Position numbers and translations under genes: made by a program. The notes below the pieces were generated by a model that was not told the DNA's origin, did not search any database, and saw only the letters and a program-made list of their open reading frames with translations. Positions 40,799 through 53,924 of a stretch of 64,000 nt of DNA are shown piece after piece. The DNA comes from Octopus bimaculoides (taxonomy: Eukaryota), in NCBI RefSeq assembly GCF_001194135.2, contig NC_068981.1:142559416-142623415 (forward strand), in the 5' to 3' direction. Each line of letters starts with the position of its first letter. The stretch's first letter is position 1.

Positions 40799-42536
40799 AG
40801 AAATTCAAAGGATATTAGAGATTGTGCTGACATGAAACTTACGCAATCAGGAAAGCTAATAATTTATCAGATTAGTAGCAAACAGTGTAGAGGGGGATAT
40901 ATAAGATTCACACAAGCAGAGATCTCAATATGTTTTCAATCCTCGGTTGCAACTAATTCCCATAATTTACACCGGTATTGACCTTGTGAATGTCATGAAA
41001 ACCATAAATTTTATTTCGCTTGATATACAACAACATATAGATTGTTTGTACTTGAGGAAAATTAGTTCCGGCATGGAGGTAAGAGAAAATGAGTTCGTAA
41101 GTAGATTCGGTTCTCAGTTAAACCCACCTTTTTTTTGCTCTGCATCAATAATATTAATGAAAAGGCCATGAACACCACTTAATCTCTATTTTTTAATATA
41201 ATTATGAGTTCACTTCTGTGATTTCATCTTCATATATACTAAAACGAGGTAAACTAATATAAGTAGAGAAAAATAACATAATTACGCAATTTCAAATGAA
41301 ATGAAAAGACAAATTTAATTAAATCGAAACTAAACAAATGGTCTTAACTAATTAATTCTTGGAATCCAAATTAAAACACCCGAAAACTGCAACACAGTAA
41401 TAAAAGATTCTTTATCATGGCTTTTTTTTTAAATGTGAACACTTACAAGTGCCATGATATGAATTACAAAACGGCGTGCAGTTTATCGTATAATACACAA
41501 TGGTAAACTGTGTTAGAGTAAAAGACAATGGTTTGCAAACGATTTAATAGTGTCATGTCAAACATTTTGCATTTCTTTTGTTTAAGTCAGTTACGTAAAC
41601 AGTTCACATCGACCTGGAGTTAAATTTAACCTGAATCTCTGCAAGTTACGATAACGTCGAAACAATGATTCCAAGTATTCATAGAAGATTTTAAAAAGAT
41701 TGAACTTAAAACAAATACTTTTAACACGGTGACAACAGTAAAACTAATAGTAAAAGAAAAAAAAGAAAAAAGAAAGCCACAATGGTACGAAATTTGTGAT
41801 AGATAACAATTTATTAATTGGTTTATCGGTTACGATGTACAGCTTCAAGTATAATTTATACGAGTTTCGAAATTAGCACCAGTAATTGCGGATGTCTTGC
41901 AAAGATCGAGAAAAAAATGAAGACATATTAAAGTATGGTAAATTGACCCACGATGAATATGATGATGTTAATTAAATCTAACAGACAAAATTATGTCTCC
42001 CACACCAGATTATTTTGATTATCCAAGAATAAATCTAAATCCACCAAATTTTATTTGGCTTGAAATACCAGAGGTTCATTTCAAGTCTTGATTTCTATGT
42101 CCTTGCTGAGCGATTTAATTATGGGAGAGACACTATTAAGATTTGAGTAATGTATGCCTAACATATGAGTCTTGAGACATTTTTCCAGATATCAAGAATG
42201 TGATGAACAAATGTGATTTTTATGAATTTATATTTTCGCATTTAGAGTTACGTTCTCGGACATATTATCTCTACCAAGGGGTAGGAACTGTGGTGCAATT
42301 GTTTACCTCAACACCACACATCAATTACTCGACATAACGCATCAATTTCGCAAACGTAAGTTCAGTCATAACAGCAAAATATATAGAAATTTCAATAGCA
42401 ACTGTATTGCAAGGATATTAACATGCATGCACATATACATACACACATACGCGCATGCGTGCCCATGTAAATATACACACACACAAGCACACACAGGCAT
42501 ACATACATACATACATACATACATACATACATACAT

Positions 42537-42900
42537 GAAACTACAATATGGCAGAAGCCATAGCCACTCATAATAAAGAGGAATACTGGTGGAATGTCCC
42601 AGTGGAGACTTCGATATAATGACCTAATATAATGGTTTGGTATAAAGAAGAGAAACTGTGTACAGTTGTGGAAATTAGCTGAACAGCAGAGGTTAACATA
42701 AAGCTGAATATCAGTGAAAAAGAGAACAGCTATGCTGAACTACTGAGATATCTACAGGTACTCTATCCAGATTACAAATTTAGGTTTCTACCTGTAATTA
42801 TTGGAGCCCTGGGATATATAACACACTACCTAAATACCAACCTTGAGAAATTAGGCTTCTCAATACCAGAAAGGAGAAAGCTAATTCGAAGACATACTGA
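42537..42900 (+). mobile_element. R4/NeSL-group RLE LINE endonuclease fragment (second family)
   Basis: EYWWNVPVETS...VEIS*TAEVNIKLNISEKENSYAELLRYLQVLYPDYKFRFLPVIIGALGYITHYLNTNLEKLGF; begins directly after (ACAT)n at 42498-42536. Confidence 0.75.
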
Positions 42901-43354
42901 TCTAATCCATCACATCCAAGAAAAGCAGATTGCTACGTAATAGCTAATAAGCAACAGACACAGTGATGCCCTTGAAGCCCCAAGGTGGAATCAAAAGTAA
43001 ATATTATGTAATATTTCTGCACATTTGAAAAGGAAGTATCTAAAAATTTGAAAAAGGAAACAATGCTGGAACATAGAGAATCCTCAGATTGTTGCATTCA
43101 CAAGCATTAACACAAGGACTACTGGTGGAACATTCTTATCATAATATCGGTCAAGTGTAAGCATAACGCGTCGGATACTGTTGCTTAAGAAAAGGTATGT
43201 ACCGTCAAAGCGACCACCTGTCCAGCTGACAGATGTATAAAAACGTAAAATATTGATAAAACTTAGATATGTTTCGACCAAAGATTGGTCCAGGCAATGT
43301 CTAACAAATAGCAGCACCTGAAAGTATTATCTAAATCCTTTTTAAGTCAAGTTT

Positions 43355-44400
43355 TGTTTATAGTCCATTGAAGTAGTGAGTTCTTGTTGAGTGAGTTGTA
43401 TCCAGGTATGGGTGGCTTATCTGGTATTGCTTGCAGTAATCTGTCCAGTCTCTGTTTAAAGGTGATGGAATCCTTTTCCTCTTTAATCAGTTTTTGGACA
43501 AGGTTAAACAGGGCAGGGCCTGTTGATGAAATGAAATAATGTCACAGTGTGCCTATATATTGTGATCTTGAATTGAGCAGGGGAAGTATGGCCCGTTGTC
43601 CGAGCCTTAGATGAACCTTGAAACTAATGTTCAGGTCGTTTGGGAAATGCTGGTGGTATATCGTCCACATCGTACAAATGACGTACCGCTCGCAGCGGCG
43701 CTGGAGAGAGTAGAATTTCAAGTATTCTTACTGGCGGTCCCAGAAATCGAGATCAGTCATGCTTCCAATTCGTTTAGTGAATGCCCTCTGAGGGGCAGCA
43801 GGATTCGAGGTGTGGCCGTAGAAAGGAGGAGAAAAGTAGAATGATGACACCTTGTTCTCTGGACCAGAAGGTTCTTAATATCCAGGAGCTGATCCTACGA
43901 GCTATATCGACCTTATTGTTGATGTGAGCACTCCAACTGAGATTGTTATCAACAGTTACACTCAAGTCTCTGATATTATTAGATGCCGTGAGCGGTTCCT
44001 CTGAAGGAAGAGAGTACAGCTGTTTTAATATAGACTTTCTTCTAAAATTCATTAGCTCAAATTTTCCCTCGTTCTTTTACGTTTTGTTTTTGTCTGTCCA
44101 TTGACTTATCAGACTGGAGTTTATCTCGGCCTTCTTCTTCATTGATGATTTGCTGGAGCTTAGTGTCATCAACAAATATTTTCACGTTACAGTGATTTAC
44201 GTCGCTGGAAAGGTCATTTATGTAAATTATAAAGAGAAGCAGGCACAAGACAGACCCCTGAGGGACACCATTAGTGACTTTTGCTGGGCTTGAGTGGACT
44301 CCATCGACCACGACTTCTTGTGTTCTATTCACCAGAAAATACTTAATTCAGTGTTGACGTTTTCCACGGATTCCAACTCTTGCCAGTTTTGGACATCTGC
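43355..44400 (-). mobile_element. 5'-truncated CR1/L2-group LINE (RT domain to 3' end), frameshifted
   Basis: NRTQEVVVDG..SS...GVPQGSVL..LLFIIYINDL...FVDDTKL (44057-44332); RDL.VTVDNNLSWSAHI...ILRTF...RPHLESCCP (43774-44052); GPALFN...FKQRLDRLLQAIPDKPPIPGY at the 3' end. Confidence 0.93.
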
Positions 44401-46346
44401 TTCGAAACCTCCAGATTCGATATCCAGATTATAAATTCTCATTTATACCAAAAAGAATTGATTCACTTGGTTTCGTGAGTACATGATTAAGTAGGAAACT
44501 TTATAATCAAGAGTTTTCAGAAAAAAGAAGTCAACCACCTAACTCGCACATTCCAAATACAAACTAAGTGAAACCATAAAATTTGTGCAAGGCTTTTCTC
44601 ACTATCTATATTTCAACAATGGAGCTTTGTGTCGTTGTTAAACACCAGCTCCTTCCTCAGATGAAAAACTTTAATAACTAAAAATACAGGGGTGCTTACA
44701 AATGTAGTGCTAAAGTTCGGTTTACGTTTAAATTGATGACATTGCAAATGACCAATAGAATTTTCGACATAAAATTTCACATTGCTTCAATATTAAATAT
44801 GTTATAGGACTGTTATAGTAATTATAAAGGATTGCTATGAGTTTGTTAAGCATCACAACCATATTAAGTTGAAAAAGATGATAGTCAGTTTCGAAATAGA
44901 AGAGAAAATTTGAACATTTAACAACAAAGTCTCTTGTAAATCATTAAGTTGAAGGAATGAGGATACTAGAGTAGTTTTCCATTCCATATTACTGTATTTT
45001 GACAGTTTTCATATCTCATACCCTTACAACGAAATTTTCGATAATTGATTTATGAGCCCAGCGCAACGGCATCACATTTTAAATGAAACAAAGATGCATA
45101 TTACATTCAGCGCACAGGGTATGGAAACAGAAAGAAATACATCATTGCAAGACCTTGAAGCAAATTGATAATGCATAGCTTGAAGATTTTAGTAGTGGAA
45201 ACGAAGAACTAACTATCCGTCAGCAAAATGAAGTTGACAAACGTGATGAAGTTGGAGGATGAATCAGGAGAATGTATTTCAGCTAGTCAGAAGCAATTCG
45301 GTGTACTATAATTCCGGCATATTATCAACGAAGATTTCGCTTTTCACAGAGACTTCTTTCATTATTAAACGAGGAGGACGTGAGATAACATGAAAGCAGC
45401 GTAAGTATTTTAAATTCAGTATATTAGATCTATTGTAAAGTACTTATTTGCAAGAAACATGCTTATGAGGTAAGCAATTAATTTCTGGAGCGAATAACCA
45501 TGTCATATGTTGTAATATATGCAAATATATATGTGCGTGTGTGTGTCCGTGTGTATAAATATATTTGTACACCACTTTCTATGTATGCCTGTGGGTGTGC
45601 GTATGTAAGTATACATACATACACACATATTTGTCCCCAGCGAAAATCCCCAGCGAAAAATCAACATGGAATATGAATATGCATGTACAGACAAGTATGT
45701 TTTTGCGTGTGTTTGTGCGGATACGTGCGTGTGTGTTTGTTGGAAAACAATTCTCCGAGAACGATGAATCGGTTCAGGTATCATTTGAAATACCTGTTCT
45801 TGGATGCTCAACCTGTAACTGGCTCAACTTTCTAGAGTCAAGTCTACTGTTCCGGCAGATTCCGCAAGAGAGAGTCTGTGGCAAAATTATAATTTTAGCA
45901 TTACAAGTGCCATCTATTCGCGGCTATATAAAACCACATTTTCAGAAGGAGCCACTCTCATTTCGTTCTTTCCGGGACTTCTTTGAAAAGAAGTATGTAG
46001 TTATACGGCTCTCCTTCGTCTACACACACAAATACATACAAAAACTCAAATGCTCAAACACGCTTACACAAAAACCAAACAGTCATGTTAATGCTTGTGC
46101 CTGTCTGTATCTGAGCTTTTGTGTGTCGGCCTGTGTGTATGCGTGTGTGCATATGTTTGTGCTTCCCTGTCTGCGTTCGGTGTAATAATTACTTGTCACG
46201 GTCGACCAGAAGCAAAACAGTAGTGAAGTACACATTTTTCATCTCTTATATATTAGGCCACAGACCTCTGAGTACCATGTAACAAAATTAGAACATGCAG
46301 GAATAGGAGGCGGATCGAAAAAGAACATAAAGGCACTCACACACAC

Positions 46347-46411
<65 letters not shown>

Positions 46412-46749
46412 NNNNNNNNNNNNNNNNNNNNNNNNNNNNNNNNNNNNNNNNNNNNNNNNNNNNNNNNNNNNNNNNNNNNNNNNNNNNNNNNNNNNNNNNN
46501 NNNNNNNNNNNNNNNNNNNNNNNNNNNNNNNNNNNNNNNNNNNNNNNNNNNNNNNNNNNNNNNNNNNNNNNNNNNNNNNNNNNNNNNNNNNNNNNNNNNN
46601 NNNNNNNNNNNNNNNNNNNNNNNNNNNNNNNNNNNNNNNNNNNNNNNNNNNNNNNNNNNNNNNNNNNNNNNNNNNNNNNNNNNNNNNNNNNNNNNNNNNN
46701 NNNNNNNNNNNNNNNNNNNNNNNNNNNNNNNNNNNNNNNNNNNNNNNNN

Positions 46750-46785
<36 letters not shown>

Positions 46786-46844
46786 CAGAAACACACATAC
46801 ATGCATATATGCATATATATGTATAGAGAGATTGTGTGTGTGCG

Positions 46845-46895
<51 letters not shown>

Positions 46896-49325
46896 GAGAG
46901 ATTAATAAACTGAAACAAGGCAAGAAGCTTGAGCTAGAGAAGGAAGGATAATGAAAAGGAGGAAGCAGTACAAAAGGAGCTGAAACGAAGGAGGAGGGGG
47001 AGCATGATTTGGTAAATACTTTGTATTTATTCTAGCAATATGATACTACTTCGTTTCCAAGCAGGTAGTTTTGCTATATCTAACGCGAACATTGTTTTGC
47101 ACGTCCAATATAGAAACATCTGTTGACAAACAAATCTTCCCCCAACTTCCCAAATTCTAAAACATTCCAGTATTATTGACTTAGTTATCATGCGCCATTC
47201 TCAAGGATTCCCTGTTATCACAAGCAATTGTTGTGCGAGTGAGCGAACGAGCGAGCGAGCGCGCACGTCTCTGCAGTTGCCTGTCAGTGTGTGTGAAAGC
47301 ATATGACTGTTTGTGAGAGCATGTACGTTTGTTTTTGAGGGGTTTTGTCTCATTATCTCTTTTAGCAGATTTGTTGGTTTATATGTGATATACGGTTTGT
47401 ACATACACCCATACACACACACATACATACATTTGAATGTATATGTATACGCATGTATGTATGTATTATGTATGTGTGCATACAGAGATACATAGATAGA
47501 CAAATACATACGTGTGTGTATGTGTGTGTGAGAGAGAGTGTGTGTGTGTGTACAGGATAAGAAACAAAAATTCATAGAAAGGGGAGACATGTGTAAGAAG
47601 GGCATAAAATATACCTGCATACGCACCTAAGCTGTGCAGTTTTAGTTCTTCGCCGCTATCTATTGAACAGGTGAGCGTGCACGACGACTTACCAAGTATC
47701 ATGTGCTATGAATGTATGCCTATCGCACTCAAACGAAGGTGGCAGGAGGGTTTCAAACATATCGTATAAAAATATGTATGACACTACGTATTGCATCTGA
47801 GTACATATAAATTCTGCAGTCTATATTGACCTCACATTCATCTCATGAGCCACCGTTGAACCCAAGACATTTTTTCAGTTGGTGCTGACGTAAAGAGCTT
47901 GTATTATATAAGTATACAAACAACGACTACAGTAACAAACTGATTGCTCTGTATCACAGAGAAAAATTCTTTGAAATTCTAATATATGCCAATCTCAAAT
48001 TCGTTTACATATATATTCATATGTGTGTGTGTGAGTGTGAGTGCGTGTGTGCGTGTAATCGATAAATGGATGAACTAATAATGAAATTGTTTTCTAAAGA
48101 GATACACATGTCCTAGCATCTATATTCCAGCAATCTCTTACTTTCTCAATATTCATAGACCGTGGCGCATAAGCAGCGAGGTAAAAATGTGATGTAGGTA
48201 ACTTGCTTCTCAATTTGGAGTGTAGAGATACAAGACGTACACCGATACTAAAACGAAGAGGTCAGTAACCGAAGTTTGCTTTAAAATACGCTTGAAGTCA
48301 AACTTTAAGTGACTGTTTTTATATTAGTATGAATGAAAGTAAATTGCATTCATTCAAAGCAATTGTATCCATATCAAGTAACTTATTTGACTCCATCTCA
48401 CATTTTTTCTTCACTATTCGTCCTCTAGTCCACCTGATAATTACAGATATCTTGCAAAAAATATCCCATTTTATTTTTCTAATTTGCAGAATTCTTACAA
48501 AAAGTTTCTAGAACTAAGGTAATTTACATTGAAGTTGTTAAGCAGTTATGCGCTGCAGCGAGTAGATGAATAGGACGTGATGTAGAAAGTTGGATTGTGA
48601 GGAGAATGATATAGTTATGATTTGCCTACGGACAATAGAGGAGTAGGTATGGAAAGACGGAATGACAGGGAGAATGTGTATTAGGGAAATGTTATGTGTG
48701 GAGTTTCTTTAAGGAATGTTACTATAGGCTTCGATTGTGATTTCAGTTATTGGTTTCAGTAAATGATCTCGAGGAATCTACTTTTAAATTTGATTTCTGA
48801 ATATATTGTCAGTAAATGCATAATGAATAAATATGAGAGAAATATTACTCAAATTACTATACAAGAACGTTCTTAAATTCATAATTATTAAACAATTAAA
48901 CGAAGAAATTAATTAAGACGGCATAAAATATATCTGGGAAAATAATTGTAATCATAATTTTAGATTTTAAAATATGGTTTAATGTTGATGGAATACTGTA
49001 TGAAATACAAGGGATGTTAAATTTGCTCATGAATAAATAAGAATATCCAAGAATAATGCAATGTTAATACAGAAGAATATTTCTCTGTCCACGATATTTA
49101 AATGCATGAATATTCTTAAGTTAATACGGGGAACATATTTCTAAAGCATCTACGGCTACGATGAACTACACCACCAATGATAATTGTTATTTCCACTAAA
49201 GGCGCAGGCTTTCGTGGGTTTTTTTTTAACTTGAAGAGTATAATAGGCAGAATTTGAAATGTGAAAGTGCAGTCAGATGAAATGCCACTAAACATTTTGT
49301 TCGGTGTTCTTGCAGTTCGGCCGAC

Positions 49326-49348
49326 TAACTACATTACTACTGCTGCTG

Positions 49349-49425
<77 letters not shown>

Positions 49426-49499
49426 GTTGCTGCTGCCACTACTACTTATAATAATAATAATAATAATAATAAAAATAATAATAATAATAAAAATAATAA

Positions 49500-49566
<67 letters not shown>

Positions 49567-49600
49567 TATTATTATTATTATTATTATAACAATAATAATG
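49326..49600. repeat. Compound trinucleotide microsatellite (CTA/CTG)n-(TAA)n-(TTA)n
   Basis: Directly visible; source of the poly-T/N/L/I ORFs in the track. Confidence 0.97.
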
Positions 49601-49743
49601 ATAACAGAATAAATGCAGGAAGGGGACTGATATGTGTGGAAAACTGCGTGCATATCGAACTCGAGAGTTTAATGTGATACCTAGCCCAAAGTAAAGAAAC
49701 CGTGCCAGTGAGAGTTAGGAACGATGGAATATTGAGAGCAGAG

Positions 49744-52135
49744 AAATTTTTTGCATTAAAATATATTATTTTTTGTTATTAATTTCACATGAACATATTC
49801 ATTGTGGTTGCGTAAAACATTTCTTAATGAAAATTACAATTGTGTTGACGGGAAAACAATGATTACTATAATCATGTATTTACTTTAAAAAATCACAGCC
49901 TACACAATCACCAAATTTATGTTAAGTTCATATATTTTACTACACACAAAACCACCTCGAGACAATGGAACAGTGGACAGTAGGCCCCATGATCTTTTAT
50001 ACGTATGGCACAAAAGATCGTACGGTAGCTGACCTGGAGACACTGCCACCAACATACACGGTCTCCATAGCCAATGGAAACCATTCGGATCAGCACTGGG
50101 AGGAGCACGGATATTACAACGATGCTCTAGTAAAACATAACAGGACTGTTACAACTCAATGACTAAAATTCAATCCCGGAAATTTGTAACACATCAATAG
50201 ATGCCATGAGTTCCTAGACATGCAATTGTATTATAATAAGCGCTTCTTATATCTTCATTCCCACTCATTTTTTCTACTCCTTTTCTTCACCTCTTTGGCG
50301 TTTTTTTTAAATTTTAAAATAAATTTCATACTAGGTAACTCCTACCTGCTAATTACCCACTAATTCTATTAAATGTTTATGCATTTGCATCAAAAGCAAA
50401 ACAAAAGTTATGTCACTAGTGTTTATCATTTATTCATTGCGGAAAGAAGACGTTAAAATTCCTGTCGTAATTGTGGTCACTGATGTTAAATCAGTAATTT
50501 TACAGGTTATACCACAACATATTTAATAGCAAATCCAAATTTACATGTTTTGATTAGAAAAATCAATATTTTTACATTTTTAATTAATATTTTTTTTTCT
50601 TATTCTCATGCGATGAAGTCTTTGTCGATTTCAGATTATCCAAGATGGCTGAAGCCATGGGATTTGGATAAGAATTTTCTCTTGATCTCCTCACATCAAG
50701 TAACGACGCAAAATTTGACACTAAAACATTTGTATTTCGATTTTTCACTGCAGAGTGTAGGGGCCTTATATTATTTAGTGTCTGCTAAACATTGTATAAA
50801 AACGAAAGAGAAATATTTTTTGTTATTTCATATCAGTAACTTCACCACGAAAAATCTAGTCACGACATTAAAATTTAAATAAGTCCACCTAACATGAAAA
50901 ATTGGTCAAACACTATTCCAAACTTTCAGAAAATATTGTAATTTTGCAGTTCCAGCTACTCGTAATCTGATAAAGATTGGAATTCATTAAGGCTTCCATC
51001 ATATACATCCGCACGCGAATCAGAATAATTTGCACTTAACCTGATGCAATATTCAGAAAACAATCATTTCCTATTTGGTTTGTTAGTGTTTTTGACGAAC
51101 AAAAATAAAAGATACTAATTGACATTAAGAACCTTCTATCTGAAACCATTTCTAATTATTTGCCCCAAAGTCTAATGCGTAATTTTTCCCATTAGCTTTT
51201 CTTAGTTTATAAATTATACCTTGTTGTCACGCAATGATACTGGAGCGGGTGCATGTCTTGGGAAGCTGGGATAGGAGAAAAGTTTGATAGCCAAAATATA
51301 AAATAACGAATTGCCATGTTTTAATTTTCTTTGTTAACATTTTTTTTTCAAATTAAGATGTGATGAATTTGAGTCATAATTCTTCCAGAGTTGGTAACGT
51401 AAAGACCAGCTACATTAGTGTAGCTTTTAAACACACAGATTCTTCGCTCTGTTAAATTAAATAGGGCAATATCTACAGAGTTGAGATGTGGTAAATTTAA
51501 TAGTGTGTAGTAGAAAATGCTAGTTGAGTATTAATATGGACCGATTGACAATACAATACTATGCATATTTAAGTCATTTTTAGTACTTACACAGTATTAG
51601 AAATGAATTAATATGAATAGAGACTATTGAAACATAACTCCCATTTTAATCATCGAGAATTGAATTCCGAGAGTTTATTGAACGTATTCTAAATTCGCCA
51701 TCGGAACTAAGATCATGTATACAGTGGCCAAAATTCGAACTTGAAACATCTGTACTCAGCAACGTTTTAGCAGTTGTATATGATGCATGGCTAATGATTG
51801 CATCGAGCCCTGCGGTATATATTTATTAACATCATGCCACGACATACATAAAACACAATTGACCCTCTAGATAATGGCGCCTGCTGCCCACTGTTCCAAT
51901 GTCTTGAGGTGGTCTTGTTTGTACTAAAATATATGAAATTAACATAAATTTGGTGATTGTGATTTAAGTGAGTTTTAGTGGGGTTTTTTTTTAAGGTAAA
52001 TACATGATTATAGTAATCATTGTTTTCCCGTCAACACAATTGTAACTTTCATTAAGAAATTTCTGTACGCAACCACAATAAATATGTTCCTGTGGAATTA
52101 ATAACAAAAAATAATTTATTTTAATGCACAATTTT
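49744..52135. mobile_element. About 250-bp inverted repeat pair (49744-49994 / 51869-52135) around 1.9 kb; putative non-autonomous DNA transposon
   Basis: The arms align over their whole length, including a 50-nt perfect match TTACAATTGTGTTGACGGGAAAACAATGATTACTATAATCATGTATTTAC; no TSD or transposase identified. Confidence 0.6.
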
Positions 52136-52609
52136 TAAATAATAACAACAGAAGTATACGTTGCAGTGGTGCAGTTAATCTGTACTTCTAAAGAGTTCCA
52201 TTTGAGCAAAATATAACTAGAGTTACGTTCTATACATTTCGTATAAAATGAAATACTGGTCATCAACTAATATTAGTTTTCTTTTGATCTTAGGTATCGA
52301 TGTTATTTTTCTTTTGCCGTATATCTGATCTTACTGTCGCTTTTTAATGATGTAAGCATTAACATGCTTTCACCTCGATAATTGGTAATTATCATGGTGA
52401 TGCCGGCTTGGTTTAAGATGTGGCATCATTTTCAAAGTTGCAAATGTATTCCTTTCATGTATATCATTGGCAGTGCAATAATAAAATGTTTATTCTCCCT
52501 CTTTTTCGCTGGCGCTTTCTTTCCCTCTCGTTCCTTCACCAACAAACCAGCATGCGCAGAGCATCTCTCTCATCCTACACTCATATACTCACAAATTACA
52601 TCGGTGTGC

Positions 52610-52692
<83 letters not shown>

Positions 52693-53473
52693 TAAACAAA
52701 TATGTATACATACATATATTAAGCAGCACACTCACTTTTATGAGTGCATTTGTGAGTGTGTGTGCGTATGGGTGTGCGTGTGTGTTTGTGTGTGTGTGTG
52801 TGTGTGTGGACGTGTGTGTATGTTCATGTTTATGTCCTTCAGTGTATGTATGTGTACTTTTGCATGTGTGATGCTCTGTTCTAGTATGCTCTTTGAAATA
52901 TTTGCAGTCAATCTGAAAATAATACAGAGCAAATAAATGTGAGCACAGTTGGTGTTCCAGACGAGACATTTATATACCAATTTCCCTCGTAATGACAACT
53001 ATTTATACGTCTTACTTTTAAACATTGTTACTAAATATTTTTACATACTAGAACAGGCTGCGAAATTTGCAATATTTCCTTTCCACTATATTAGTACGCT
53101 GGGCATAATGACGCAACATATAAATGTGTGTATTACAGTATGTTCTGCCTCAGAAGATATAGAAAATTAAATCAAATCATAAAGTGTATCACACAAACCT
53201 AATTTTAATGACTGCTTTACAAAACACTTTCCCAATTCAATATAACAAATAACTTGCACAAAGAGGTTTACGTCTACGAATGTTTCACGTTATCCGACGA
53301 TTAGACGAAGAGTTCGAAGTTGATGCTATGTATCTCATTACCTACTATGTAACCTAAATTTTTATATTTCAAATTTCTCTCTCTCTCCGGTCATTTTCTC
53401 TCTCTCACACACCTTCCATATATATACGTGTGTGTATGTGTGTGTGTGGGGGGGTGCGTGCGTAAAGTCAGTC

Positions 53474-53608
53474 ACCGAGGGTGGTACTTAGCAGCAGCGT
53501 TGGTAGAAATTAGAGTCACAAAGACCCTTAACCACGTGAGAGGACTTATCTAACGTTAGAAAAGTGCTCTGAATTCTACCAATGCTGGTGTAGACTAGCA
53601 CCCTCCGT
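53474..53608. mobile_element. Old MITE-like inverted repeat element
   Basis: Arms 53477-53515 and 53567-53605, 30/39 identical; the CGAGGGTG terminus resembles mariner TIR starts. Confidence 0.55.
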
Positions 53609-53668
53609 CTCTTTAGTGACGAGCATTCGTTTTGCCTTCCAGCAGTAAATTGTGACTAGCTACCTTAA

Positions 53669-53709
<41 letters not shown>

Positions 53710-53794
53710 CGGAGATGGACTTGCATAACAAGTGACCTGATCTGAGATCGTGTGCTGGAACGAAAACAATTGCAGCGTGGAAGGTGTTTATAAG

Positions 53795-53924
53795 CCATTT
53801 AAAATAACACACAAAATCCGTTAGATTCACTTCAACATTTAAATTTAATTTGTCAACATATTTTCGTCGCTTAAATTTAAATGTTGAAGTGAATCTAACG
53901 GATTGTGTGTGTTATTTTAAATGG
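53795..53924. repeat. Near-perfect 54-bp-arm palindrome (MITE-like)
   Basis: 53795-53848 vs 53871-53924, 53/54 complementary, 22-nt spacer; the right arm abuts an N-gap. Confidence 0.9.
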
